A DNA stretch of 43,117 bases from Craspedostauros australis. Lineage: Eukaryota. Below, piece by piece: positions 25,003 to 35,166 of the stretch. The notes under the pieces were generated by a model. That model was not told where the DNA came from. It saw nothing but the letters and a program-made list of their open reading frames with translations, and did no database searches. The stretch lies in assembly GCA_030167865.1 (NCBI GenBank), contig JALAGF010001676.1, positions 1 through 43,117 on the forward strand, read 5' to 3'. Positions within the stretch are counted from its first letter, which is position 1, and every line of letters starts with the position of its first letter. Both the position numbers and the translations under genes were made by a program.

Positions 25003-26244
25003 ATGGTGATGAAGAACACCACGCTGTCGATGAACCTGACGGATCTTCCGTTGCGTCCGACGATCCAATCGCTGTTGCAAAAGAGCGGCTTCGTGACGTT
25101 GGGTGAGATTGAAGAATCGCGGATCAATGGAGGCATGACGAATCTGGCGGCGGAGCTAGGTGTTACGATGGTAGAGGCTGCGGGCCTCATCCGGGAGATC
25201 CAAGGATGCCTTTCCGTCTTCGCAGGGAATGGCAGTGGCAATGGGACGGTGCAGACATCCACGGACAGTGGCGAAAATGGGGATGGAGTTGTGGATGTGG
25301 CTGCAGTTGTCAGCAACGACGACTTTGCCATTCCCACGGCTGGCGATATCATGAATGCCAGGAAGGATCAGAACACCTTCATCATCACCTTCTGCAGGTC
25401 GGTGGACCTCATGCTGGGCGGCGGCATCGCTCTCGGAGAAGTCACGGAAATGGCAGGAATGCCAGGCGTTGGCAAGACGCAGCTGGCGATGCAGCTGGCT
25501 GTCAATACCAGGTTGCCGCGTGCGTGCGGCGGCGTGCAGGGCCGCACGATCTACATCGATGCGGAGGGCAGCTTCAGCCCGCACAGGTGCATGTCCATGG
25601 CAAATGCCTTGGTGCAGCACGTCAAGAGGACCGCATTGCGCAAGCAGCAGCAGGGTCACAGGCACGCCGCGGTGCCGCAGAACTTCACCACCGAAGCCAT
25701 CCTGGACGGAATCAGCGTGTACCGCGTCCACGATGAGGCCGCTCAGACCGCGACCATCTACAATCTCAAAAAGTTGTTGGAGGATGCCGCCGATCACGAC
25801 GTGCCAATCAGGTTGGTCGTCATCGATTCCATCACGTTCCACTACCGCTGCGCTCATCCCAACCGTGACTATATTCAGCGCACCAAGGCCCTCGCATCCA
25901 TTGCAGCGCTGTTGTCTGATCTTGCCACCAAGTACAGTGTTGCGGTGGTCGTGGTCAATCACATGACAACCAGATTGGGAGCTGCCGGTTCTTGGGTTGT
26001 GCCGGCACTGGGGGAGTCGTGGGCGCATGCCATGACAACGCGGCTGATTCTGTCGCGGAACGAGATGTCAACGTCGAGACAGTGCGCGCTGGTCAAATCG
26101 CCTCACAGAGCCCTTGCAAAGGCGGAGTACGTCGTACGGGAGATAGGAGTCAGAGGTGTTCCCTGTGACAACAAAGCGTCGTCATCGTCGTCAATACGTG
26201 GTACCGACGTATCCCAGATGAACAAGCGTCCTCGGGTCAACTGA
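25003..26244 (+). CDS. RAD51C: RAD51 paralog C (recombination mediator), ~413 aa
   Basis: IITFCRSVDLMLGGGI, Walker A GMPGVGKT, IYIDAEGSF, Walker B LVVIDS, NHMTT, PALGESWAH (RAD51C-typical). Start may be the ATG at 25030. Confidence 0.88.
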   Translation: MVMKNTTLSMNLTDLPLRPTIQSLLQKSGFVTLGEIEESRINGGMTNLAAELGVTMVEAAGLIREIQGCLSVFAGNGSGNGTVQTSTDSGENGDGVVDVAAVVSNDDFAIPTAGDIMNARKDQNTFIITFCRSVDLMLGGGIALGEVTEMAGMPGVGKTQLAMQLAVNTRLPRACGGVQGRTIYIDAEGSFSPHRCMSMANALVQHVKRTALRKQQQGHRHAAVPQNFTTEAILDGISVYRVHDEAAQTATIYNLKKLLEDAADHDVPIRLVVIDSITFHYRCAHPNRDYIQRTKALASIAALLSDLATKYSVAVVVVNHMTTRLGAAGSWVVPALGESWAHAMTTRLILSRNEMSTSRQCALVKSPHRALAKAEYVVREIGVRGVPCDNKASSSSSIRGTDVSQMNKRPRVN

Positions 26245-27167
26245 AATACATAGAATAAACGGTGCTGTTGCTATGCAGTCAGCCTCACTCTCTCTCTTGA
26301 GCACAGTCGCATGCGTGTACCCATTGGATGGCGAGTCGTATCACCCAGATTCCTTTCCAACATAGAGTCTTCTTTTCCAAAAGCATGATGCTCTGTCCAA
26401 ATGGTGACATGGTCGATAGTCTCTCTCTCTCTCTTTGCGTACTGGTGCGAGTGGAGAAGAGAAGTGTATCTCCTCCAGCATCGTTTCATTCACAATGTTG
26501 TATCATGCGCCACGGCAAAAGGTGAAGAGCCACGACAATTCCAAAAACAAATTCAAATCGTGGTGACGTTCACCATTTCATCTTTCAAGTCGTGGATACA
26601 ATTGTTGTCCATTTTCTGGGGTGCGCATTCGCATGCGTTGGACAAAACATCGAATGTTGTGATGCGCACGGCGCACCTCGTGTCACTTCCACAAAGCAAG
26701 TTTGCTTGTTACTGAAAGTGCTTCCGTTGTTCGTCGTTGTTGCGATGATGATGAGGAGAAGTGCGAGCATTGTGTGTGTCGTCGAGGGAGTGTAACGTTG
26801 CGGCGATCCAGGGAGCCATTCAGATTTTTCGGAGTTGCCGTTCGGTTTGTTGGCTGGTCGGTTGCTCGAAGAGCAGTGGCTCCACTCAAGAGAGTTGGTT
26901 GGTAAATCGTTGTGACAACATCAGAGCAGCAACAACCACAAGAGTAACGATCGTGACGACGGAGACGAGTGGTAGGCAAAGCAACGGTCGTGGGGCAACG
27001 ACAGACACAACTGAGCGAACAGCAGCCGAGGACTCAAGTAGAGTATCAGAGTGGAGTGACATCAACAACAAATTCAGCCACACCCATCACGGCAAACGAC
27101 GACAATACCAACTCTGTTCTTTTACTTCTTGCGGATGGCAACACTGTGCCAGTCGTCGTAAAATAGC

Positions 27168-28109
27168 ATGACGCAAGGACCCCATGCCATGAAGGATGCC
27201 ATGCCATCGCCAGCACACGAGCAATCGTCGTCTACATCGTCGTCGTCGTTGTCGTCCTTCGCGTCATCGTCAGCTCACCCAGCAATAAGGCGGTACGGGA
27301 TGCAGGAGCCAGAGGCGGTGGCAAAGGTCAATACGATGCATTCGGAGGCATGGATCGAGTCGTTCTGGGAGGCAATGTCACACATTTCGGGAGAGATTCA
27401 ACACGCTGCCACCATCCCGACCGCAAACCTCAAGTCCACCTTCAGCGGTTCGTTGAGCAAGTCGTCATCGTCCGTCAAGAAATCGCCCAAACAACGCAGT
27501 GTCGAGTTTGCGGAATACGTTCAGATGTGGACCGTCCCGAATTGTGAAGATCTCACGGAGAGGGATAAGAAGAGGCTTTGGCATCCGCAGCCACCGTCCT
27601 TCAAGCCGAAGAAATCGAAGAAGAATAAGAAGACGATACCGTTCCATCTGTTGCGATGTCAGAGCGGCAAACGTGCGCGGAAGAACACATTGCGACGGCA
27701 GGTCGAGCGCCGTCATGATCAAACGGAGAGCAGAAGCGACGATGACAACGAATCTGATTGGGATGACCGAACGAGGTTGATCGATGAGAATGCGCACAAC
27801 AGTTGCGACATGGACGATGATGATGACGACGACGACGATGGCGATGACGATCGCGACGACGTCGAGGATGCAGACATTGAAGACTATGCCGTACAGGCAG
27901 TTCTGGAGGAACAGAGAGCACAGCAGCAGGAAGGCTACATAGACGAACATGTGATATCCAAGATATACCAACGCTGTTGTGCCTACAGCTCATTGGCAGC
28001 ACAAAAGCGCGGCACGGTCTTGGAACTCGAAGTGCAACATTATCATCAGGACACATCGAAACGGAGGAAAAGAAGGCTGAGATGGCGATTTCCAAAACGA
28101 TCAGGGTGA
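27168..28109 (+). CDS. Uncharacterised diatom-type protein (SVxF...W / V.AVLEEQ..Q...I...Y family), 313 aa
   Basis: Long ATG ORF. Blocks RSVEFAEYVQMWTVPNCEDLTERDKKRLW and VQAVLEEQRAQQQEGYIDEHVISKIYQRCCAYSSLAAQKRG resemble an expanded diatom orphan family (from recollection). Confidence 0.7.
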   Translation: MTQGPHAMKDAMPSPAHEQSSSTSSSSLSSFASSSAHPAIRRYGMQEPEAVAKVNTMHSEAWIESFWEAMSHISGEIQHAATIPTANLKSTFSGSLSKSSSSVKKSPKQRSVEFAEYVQMWTVPNCEDLTERDKKRLWHPQPPSFKPKKSKKNKKTIPFHLLRCQSGKRARKNTLRRQVERRHDQTESRSDDDNESDWDDRTRLIDENAHNSCDMDDDDDDDDDGDDDRDDVEDADIEDYAVQAVLEEQRAQQQEGYIDEHVISKIYQRCCAYSSLAAQKRGTVLELEVQHYHQDTSKRRKRRLRWRFPKRSG

Positions 28110-29010
28110 TCAACGTGGATCTCCTCCGCTGAAGCATGCTGTCTCTTGGCATGTGCGCATGCACATGGCATGTCCATGTACGCGGACTCCAGACAAAAAA
28201 GGGGAGACGGAGAAATTCGCAGCTCAACGCACACGACGTTGCGCTCGAATCGCATTCCACGCAAAACGCATGGCACACACCACCAGCATGGAGTGTGTAT
28301 GGTATGTCGCACGGACAGGAAGAAGAAGTCAGCGCGTTCTTGAGGCAGATCAAGTGATGCCAACATCTTCCAAATCAATAACATGCTCGTTGTGCTTGGA
28401 TCCTTTCTCTCATCCGTATCAGACACAAACTCTACCAGCATGGGGATGCATTGTACCATACTCGCGGATCCATTGTAATCATGACTATCGTGTTTGATCA
28501 CTGGCACGTGCACCGAGAATGGAGTGTAATGGTTGGTCTCGCTGTACTTCTACGCCTGCATTTGAGAGGAGGGAGAGATGCATCGTAGGTACGTACTCTC
28601 GTCTTTCTGGTGCCTGAAATAGCCACCTCGCGAATTTAGAGTTGAACATCATCGAGAAATGGCGTCTGTACTCCAATTCTCTCGATTTCGTTCATTGGCG
28701 CCAAATCGTTTCGTGTGGCAAATTCACCGCTGTTGCGATCGTGATTGTGGCGAACACGACAAGGGGGCAGAACACAACGCATCGCAAAAAAAAACCCCAC
28801 AGCAACCACGTTCAGCAAAGAGAGACACATCTTCGACGTTGCGTGCGCCATAACCAACACACGGTACGACAAGGCTCTCACATCGTGATCGAGGAGTGCT
28901 CGTTGCACAAGAACAAACAAGGACATCAGTCAGCGCATCAGTCAGCGTGTGCAAGTAGCCAAGCGAACGAGCGCATTGACATTGCAGCCGTACGAACACC
29001 AAGTGCCACC

Positions 29011-29664
29011 ATGGCCGCACAATCCGCACAACGCAAGGCATGGAACGATGCCATGCGTTCGGCTGCTGGAGTGTCCGCTCTGCCGGCATCGTTGCAACCC
29101 CGCACGCAGAAACGGCGTTCCGACCGACGCAAGAAGCAGGATCGACGCGACAAGGCGCGCAAGGGACCTTCTCTGGACACGGCCGACAGCCGGGAAGCCA
29201 TGGCAGGGACGTGGATGGATGCTTTGGAGGGAATCCATCCCTCTGCGGGCGCCGCCAACGGCGATGATGGTGATGATAGTTACGACGAATTGGATGAAGG
29301 CGAATCCAAGCCCAAGAGACGGCGACGTGCCGCGAGCAAGGTCGAGGCAGGGGTGCTTCCCAAACGATTCAAGGCGAGATCGGTGGCATCCCTTCTGCTG
29401 GAAGAGATCAATCGCGACGACGGTTGTGCCAGGGATTGGATAGACGCCGAAGCCCGCCAGCCCGATCCGAGATTGCAGTTGCCGGTGCGCAAGACGTGTC
29501 CTGTCACAGGCATGGCTGGGATATACACAGAGCCCAAGTCGGGAATACCGTACGCGAATCTGAAAGGGTTGGAGCAACTGAGGGAAAGGCCGCCACCGTG
29601 GATGTCAGTGGCAGGATCGCTCGCCTTTCATGAGACTGTCAAGAGCATACGCGACGAATCATGA
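29011..29664 (+). CDS. SWR1/INO80-complex small subunit-like protein (SWC6/ZNHIT1-like body with YL1_C-type C-terminus), 217 aa
   Basis: gccaccATGg start. MDALEG...acidic...KPKRRRR...KRFKARSVASLLLEE...WIDAEA..P..RKT followed by CPVTG..GIYTEPKSGIPYAN (YL1_C pattern). Confidence 0.72.
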   Translation: MAAQSAQRKAWNDAMRSAAGVSALPASLQPRTQKRRSDRRKKQDRRDKARKGPSLDTADSREAMAGTWMDALEGIHPSAGAANGDDGDDSYDELDEGESKPKRRRRAASKVEAGVLPKRFKARSVASLLLEEINRDDGCARDWIDAEARQPDPRLQLPVRKTCPVTGMAGIYTEPKSGIPYANLKGLEQLRERPPPWMSVAGSLAFHETVKSIRDES

Positions 29665-30581
29665 TTGTCGTTCCACTGTTGCAGATTGCAGACTGCAGAC
29701 TGCAGATATCGTATTTACTTCTGGATTGGCAGTGTGCCGGTCAATCGTCTTCTCTGATGATCAACAGAGCACCGATAGAGTGGATGACTGCCCATACGAG
29801 TTTGTGCAAAGAAATGGTAGCGAGCGTGGAATTCAGAGTGTAAGTCAACCAAGGCAATACCGCTCGTCCATCAACTGTTGGATGATGGTTGCGTGCTCGA
29901 GGCTGCTCTTCGCATGGGAAATATCACTCGAGGTTGGTTGTGTGGATGAATTGGCATTGAGCGAACCTGGAGAGGTGATTGAACCTTGTGCTGCTCTCGC
30001 ACGTAAAGAAGGGCACTTTTCAGGCGTACGAGCTACACCAAACATCGTGTACGTTATGGACGGTTCAACTACGTCTCCTTCTGTTGTGAACGCTGTCTGA
30101 TGGTATGCATTCCGAGGAGAGTTTAGTCGATGGGGGAAGATCCAGGTGTCCTCTGCTCGGGTGTAACAGCTGACGCTGGGGCAGAAGAGGGATCCCGAAA
30201 CCCAAGAGAGGAACAAGGCGGTACAATCGCCAAGGATGAATCGCGCTTCAACACGGCATTTGTATTCCATGATGAAAGGACGGTCCGATTTGAAGTCGTT
30301 GCAATTGGATGCGGTCTATTGGCCTATCATCGTTCATTGCTTCCTTGACTCTCCTCAGAGATCTTTTCTGATCCCTCCCTTGGCCACGGCCATGCCCACT
30401 TGGCATGACATGCCAATAAATTCCTCACAAACTGTGGAAGCGAAAGCTTTGCCATAGTCGTAGGTAGTCCCACAAAATAAGTTCGTCGGAGTCTAGAGTG
30501 CTCCCACAATTCTTGTACGCACGACCGCCACAAGAGCAAGAGAAACACCAGCACCAACACCAACAAGAAAGAGAAACGACG

Positions 30582-31688
30582 ATGAACATGAACGTTACCG
30601 TGACGATAAGACGCAATCGATCAAGCTGGCGCATGTTGCTGGTGGGTATCTTGTGCTTTGCACTGCTGGCGACACCTACCGACGCGAAGAAGTCGCGGAA
30701 AGGCGAGCGAGTGATCATGGTGGATGAGATCTCCTTGGGCACCGACCCCCGTAACATGTACCAGGATGAGGAGACCACTGTCGCCATCTACAACTACGTC
30801 CCGGAACAGGGCGGATCGCGCGCCCTCAAGGCCAAGTCGCACAAGTTCGCTTCCTACTCGCACACGAGCGACGATGAGAACGTTAACAAGCCGCTCGCGG
30901 TGGTTGCCTGCGGGGCCAACGTGCCCAAGTCGGCCTACCGTACCTTCGCAGAGGGCCTGGCGAAGAAGGACATGGTGGTCATTGTAGTCGAACACAACGT
31001 CGACCTCCCTGGGCGCTTCGCTGGCAACTTTGCCACTCCTGTCGACGTCACCAACGCCATCCTCTACGTGGAGAACAATAGCGACGTCTACGGTGTCGAC
31101 ATGCAGCGGATCGTGCTGCTGGGGCACAGCTTCGGAGCGCTCGTTCTCCTCCACATCATCAACGAGGTGTGCCCGCCACCCCTGTGCCAAGATCCGGTCT
31201 TTTCCACCCCTACTGCTGTCACGCTCCCTCTCCATCCCGGAGTCGTCCTCGCCGGCACCTTCGGGTTCGGCTTCAACCTCTTTGGGACCGACGACTTCAT
31301 CACCTTCAACAACAAGCACATCCCGTACATCATCATCAACGGCAGCGGCGACACCACCTTCTTCTCGACCGTTCAAGGTGAGAACGAGTCCGAAGGCACC
31401 TTCGCTCGCATGGCCCCACCCAAGGTCGTGGCAGGCATCGACAATCTCGATCATTTCTCCATTTCCGAGGTCAATACGAACACCAACAGACCGGACATTA
31501 TGTCCACGTTGGACAGAGCGGAACAGATCCGCATTGTTACGCGGTCTCTGAACTTGTGGATCCGCGCTGGCTTGAAGGCCATCGAGACGGGCGAGCCCAT
31601 GAAGGACTTTTGCTTCAAGCTTCGGGTCGACGGGATGAGCAAAGACTACGATGTCGTCAAGTGTTTGGAGGAGTATCCATCGGAATAG
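30582..31688 (+). CDS. Secretory-pathway alpha/beta hydrolase, chlorophyllase-like
   Basis: Signal peptide MLLVGILCFALLATPTDA (ATG at 30633, alternative ATG at 30582). Nucleophile motif LLGHSFGA. Candidate catalytic Asp in INGSGD and His in LDHFSI. Confidence 0.8.
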   Translation: MNMNVTVTIRRNRSSWRMLLVGILCFALLATPTDAKKSRKGERVIMVDEISLGTDPRNMYQDEETTVAIYNYVPEQGGSRALKAKSHKFASYSHTSDDENVNKPLAVVACGANVPKSAYRTFAEGLAKKDMVVIVVEHNVDLPGRFAGNFATPVDVTNAILYVENNSDVYGVDMQRIVLLGHSFGALVLLHIINEVCPPPLCQDPVFSTPTAVTLPLHPGVVLAGTFGFGFNLFGTDDFITFNNKHIPYIIINGSGDTTFFSTVQGENESEGTFARMAPPKVVAGIDNLDHFSISEVNTNTNRPDIMSTLDRAEQIRIVTRSLNLWIRAGLKAIETGEPMKDFCFKLRVDGMSKDYDVVKCLEEYPSE

Positions 31689-31899
31689 AGGGATGCGACG
31701 AAAAGAGCAAGCGCAAACAAGAGTCGAGTGTCAGAAAGTTGGCTTTAATCACTTATGTCCATAAAATGTAACATGATAAGCACTCAGACGTAGGTAGCAA
31801 GGACTCCACTCTACAAGCACTCAAGAAGTTCTCTGGTACGCTCCTCTCGACTGATTGCGACTCGTCTGTGATATCTTCAGAAGCGCCACAAGCGACAGC

Positions 31900-32883
31900 T
31901 CACACCCTCATGGCCTTGCCGTAAAAGAGACCGTACGAGGCCTGCCGCACCCAGATCCGATCGAGCTTGACCCACGCCACGGGCAACAGCCGGACGTCGG
32001 CCGTCGCATCCTCGTAGGTGTGGCACCATTTGAGCTCCACCAGGCACGCCATGTCGTCGATGCCGAGACGTGCGCCACGGCACGCATGGATGAGCATCGG
32101 CGGCCGGCTCATGCCTTCCTTCCAGCCCGGTTCAATCCGGCAGCCGCTGCGTGCGGCGTCGGGGTTGCCACATTCGCTGAGCAGGGTGTGCACCATGATG
32201 CGGTACCGTGGTTCGAAGAGGTGCAGGCCGTACATCTCACCGAGATGGACATCGCACGGCATGATGAACACAGGCGCGATCAGATGCACGTGATGCACGT
32301 AGATCTTCTTGTAGATGCTCTTGTATCCGTCCGGATGCTGGTCGTGCGCCTTTTGCAGCAACCGCAGCTCTTCCTGGAAGTAGTTGTCGTTGCTATTGCT
32401 GTTGGCACTATTGCTGCTGTTGCTGTTGCCGTTGCTGTTGGGGGGTTCAGAAGCATCACGCGCAGATGCGGACGTATTCTTGGATCCTGATACGACCCGT
32501 TGCAGCCCTTCCTTCCACACCGACCCATTGCGAAGCTGGCGAATCAAAGCCGCCTTCCAGAGCTCCTCTCGCTGGGCGAAGTCATGGAACTTCTTGTTGA
32601 CGGTCGGGATGATGGAGGTCAGAGCGGACGGTTCGAAGTCTTCCGAATCGTAGTGGCGTTCCTCCTTCGGTGCGTTGGCTATGAAGGAGATGATCAGGAA
32701 TTGAAGATCGTCGTTCAGGTCGCTGAACTGGTGGAACAGCGTCGCCGTGGTTGCGTGAGTGGATGGTTGAGGATTCATGGCAACAACGTCACGTCGGTTG
32801 GCATCAGCCTTTGTCTTCCTCGCTGTCCTTTTTGTCTGATTCTTCGCTCTCGCTCTCGCTTTCGCCTTTGCCGTCTTGCCCAT
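31900..32883 (-). CDS. F-box-like plus Lon protease N-terminal (LON substrate-binding, PUA-like) domain protein, 327 aa
   Basis: F-box-like FSDLNDDLQFLIISFI...IPTVNKKFHDFAQREELWK. LON-N signature PVFIM...GLHLFEPRYRIMV. Confidence 0.75.
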   Translation of the reverse strand: MGKTAKAKARARAKNQTKRTARKTKADANRRDVVAMNPQPSTHATTATLFHQFSDLNDDLQFLIISFIANAPKEERHYDSEDFEPSALTSIIPTVNKKFHDFAQREELWKAALIRQLRNGSVWKEGLQRVVSGSKNTSASARDASEPPNSNGNSNSSNSANSNSNDNYFQEELRLLQKAHDQHPDGYKSIYKKIYVHHVHLIAPVFIMPCDVHLGEMYGLHLFEPRYRIMVHTLLSECGNPDAARSGCRIEPGWKEGMSRPPMLIHACRGARLGIDDMACLVELKWCHTYEDATADVRLLPVAWVKLDRIWVRQASYGLFYGKAMRV

Positions 32884-33659
32884 CAGCCTTTCGAATATGC
32901 CTTTTGCTGCTTGCCTCGCCCGTTGTTAATCTCCTACTTGTCCTCGTGCCCGTGCTCGTTCTCTCGTCGTGGTATGGTACGGCCCATGATACTTGTGCAC
33001 GTATGCGCAAGCGTGTGCTGGGATGCTTCTGTTGTCGCTGTCGTTGTTGTTCTGTGGTGCGAACTGATTCAATCCCCAATTCTTTTGCGCGACCTCGTTT
33101 TTCCGTCGTCATCATTCATTCCAGCGCAACACGCAAAGATCTTCGTCATAAATCCCAATGAAAAAGCAGGAAGGAAGAAGAAAACGCGAATTTCGACTTG
33201 TTTTTCTTGCAGAAGAAAGAAATCGACGTGGAATTGGAATACAAAGATACTGTCAATAGACGAACATAGTCCTTCTTGAGAAGCTACGGTAAATGTATAT
33301 AAATCGTATACACGGTTAACTGAAAACGGATCAAACAAGATACGCAAAATGCCCACATCGAGGAGAACCCGACGCGGGAGGCGACGAGGTTGTTGCTACT
33401 GCACCCACAACCATCGTCAGCGACCACCACCGTCAGGCAAGTCTGGAGACAGTGCACTCGAGCTGCATGATACAAGGCAGATGATACAGGAGAACAAATT
33501 CATGGAGAATAGTTGATTAGAGTGGAGCAAAAGATCAAGAACCAACACTGAAGTGTGCGAGGAGGTCGTTCTAACTTCACAACGCTCAACGGAAGCAACA
33601 AACTCCGACAAATACCTCACCATAAACAGTGTAGTCGTAGCACACGTACTCGTACCCAC

Positions 33660-35166
33660 ATGATGGAACGATTCGAAACGGTAGACAGAGAAGAGGTGGT
33701 GACGTTGTGCCGCTGGCCGACGGAGACACTGTCCATCGATGTTCAAGCCAGCTCCGCAAGGAACCATCATGGTCATCACATCAACGAGTCACCCGGTCGC
33801 CCGCACACCTTGCTGGTGTTCGTTCCCGGCAACCCCGGTTGCTATGGCTGGTACAAATGGATGCTGAGAGAGATGATTCAGCTGCTGGGGCCAGGATACG
33901 CGGCAAGAGCGACGTCCTACGCCTGCCATGGCACAACGCAGGAAACTATCGATGCAGAATCATGGCTGAGGTCTCCATCGTCCAATGCAACCGACGTCGG
34001 CAGAGACGTTGACATTGCATGGACTGTGGATGGCCAAATACGTCACAAAATTGCGTATGTGGAACATATCCGGGACGAATGGCATCGTGCAGCGGGCTAT
34101 GGTCACCATGTGAGCACAGGCGTATGCGATCCCGTCTTCAGCACATGTCCTGAGCAAACAGGAGCAAAATGCAACGAGATATCCAGCAACAACAGCAACA
34201 ACAACGAAGACGGTGCTCCCAACACCCCACGCTTGATCTTCATCGGCCATTCCATCGGCTGCCACATGATCGAACGGATGTTGGTGATGCGGCCTGATAT
34301 TTTGGACCGCACGGATTTGGTCCTCCATCTCATGCCGTACATCCGCATGCAGGCACCTCCCAGCACCCAGCGAGCCATGGATTTTGCCGCCGCGAATCCC
34401 AAACTCTTGATTGGGGCTGGTCGATCGTCGGTGCAAGTATTCACGTCGTGCGTGCCACAAAAGGTGATAAAGCTCGCTCTGAGCCGGAGTATGGAGGATG
34501 AAGCAGGGCGCGATTTGGTCATCCAACTGATGAAGCACAACACATTCGTCAACAATTTCTTCGGGCTGGGGACTGAAGAGATCCGCGACGTTCCGCAGGA
34601 GTTTGATGTGAGTCTGATGGGACGTATTTGTCGTACTCGTACGAATATGGCCCGGAGGTCTACCGCTTGTTGTGGAATGATCGTGAGGTGGATACTGCAG
34701 CGAGCATTCATTGTTAAACCCATGGCGTTGGGCAAAGTACCAGGATTCTACCTCAGTGCGCCGTTCTCACACACTTTGCCAACAACAATGCTGCCCTCGT
34801 CGCCATCATCGTCTTTGCAACTCGTGCCTTCTTACGTAGACCTGTGCCTTTCGTATTATTGGCAATGAATGTATCATCGCCATGCTGTACTGCGAGAACG
34901 ACCACTGGGCTCCAAGCCACCACCTGAATGAAATTGCCAAACTTCAATCGCTGGGGGTCATCCCAGCTCAGAGCATCCGATACGATGTGCTGCCTGGATT
35001 GAAGCATGACTTCGTGAGCGCAAACAAGATGATCCCACCCGTCGTTCGATGGTGCATGAAGCAGATTCGTTTGCAATGTGCGGATCAAGGCAGAAATACA
35101 AAAGCAGCAACGCGTGTCGCCAGCGCAACACTCGGGATGGAGGAGCAACCAATAAGCAGGCTGTAG
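33660..35166 (+). CDS. LDAH: Lipid droplet-associated hydrolase-like (LDAH/DUF2305), 2 exons: join(33660..34607,34840..35166), ~424 aa
   Basis: LVFVPGNPG, TVDGQIRHK, IFIGHSIG, EEIRDV, YCENDHWAP, KHDFV. Phase-0 GTGAGT...TAG intron at 34608..34839 joins the two ORFs and supplies the Asp/His part of the triad. Confidence 0.85.

Noticed and set aside
24402-25352. N-terminal ~317 aa of the 789-aa ORF 22983..25352
   Set aside because: Read-through of promoter sequence and antisense RAD51C. The credible start is the signal-peptide ATG at 24401.
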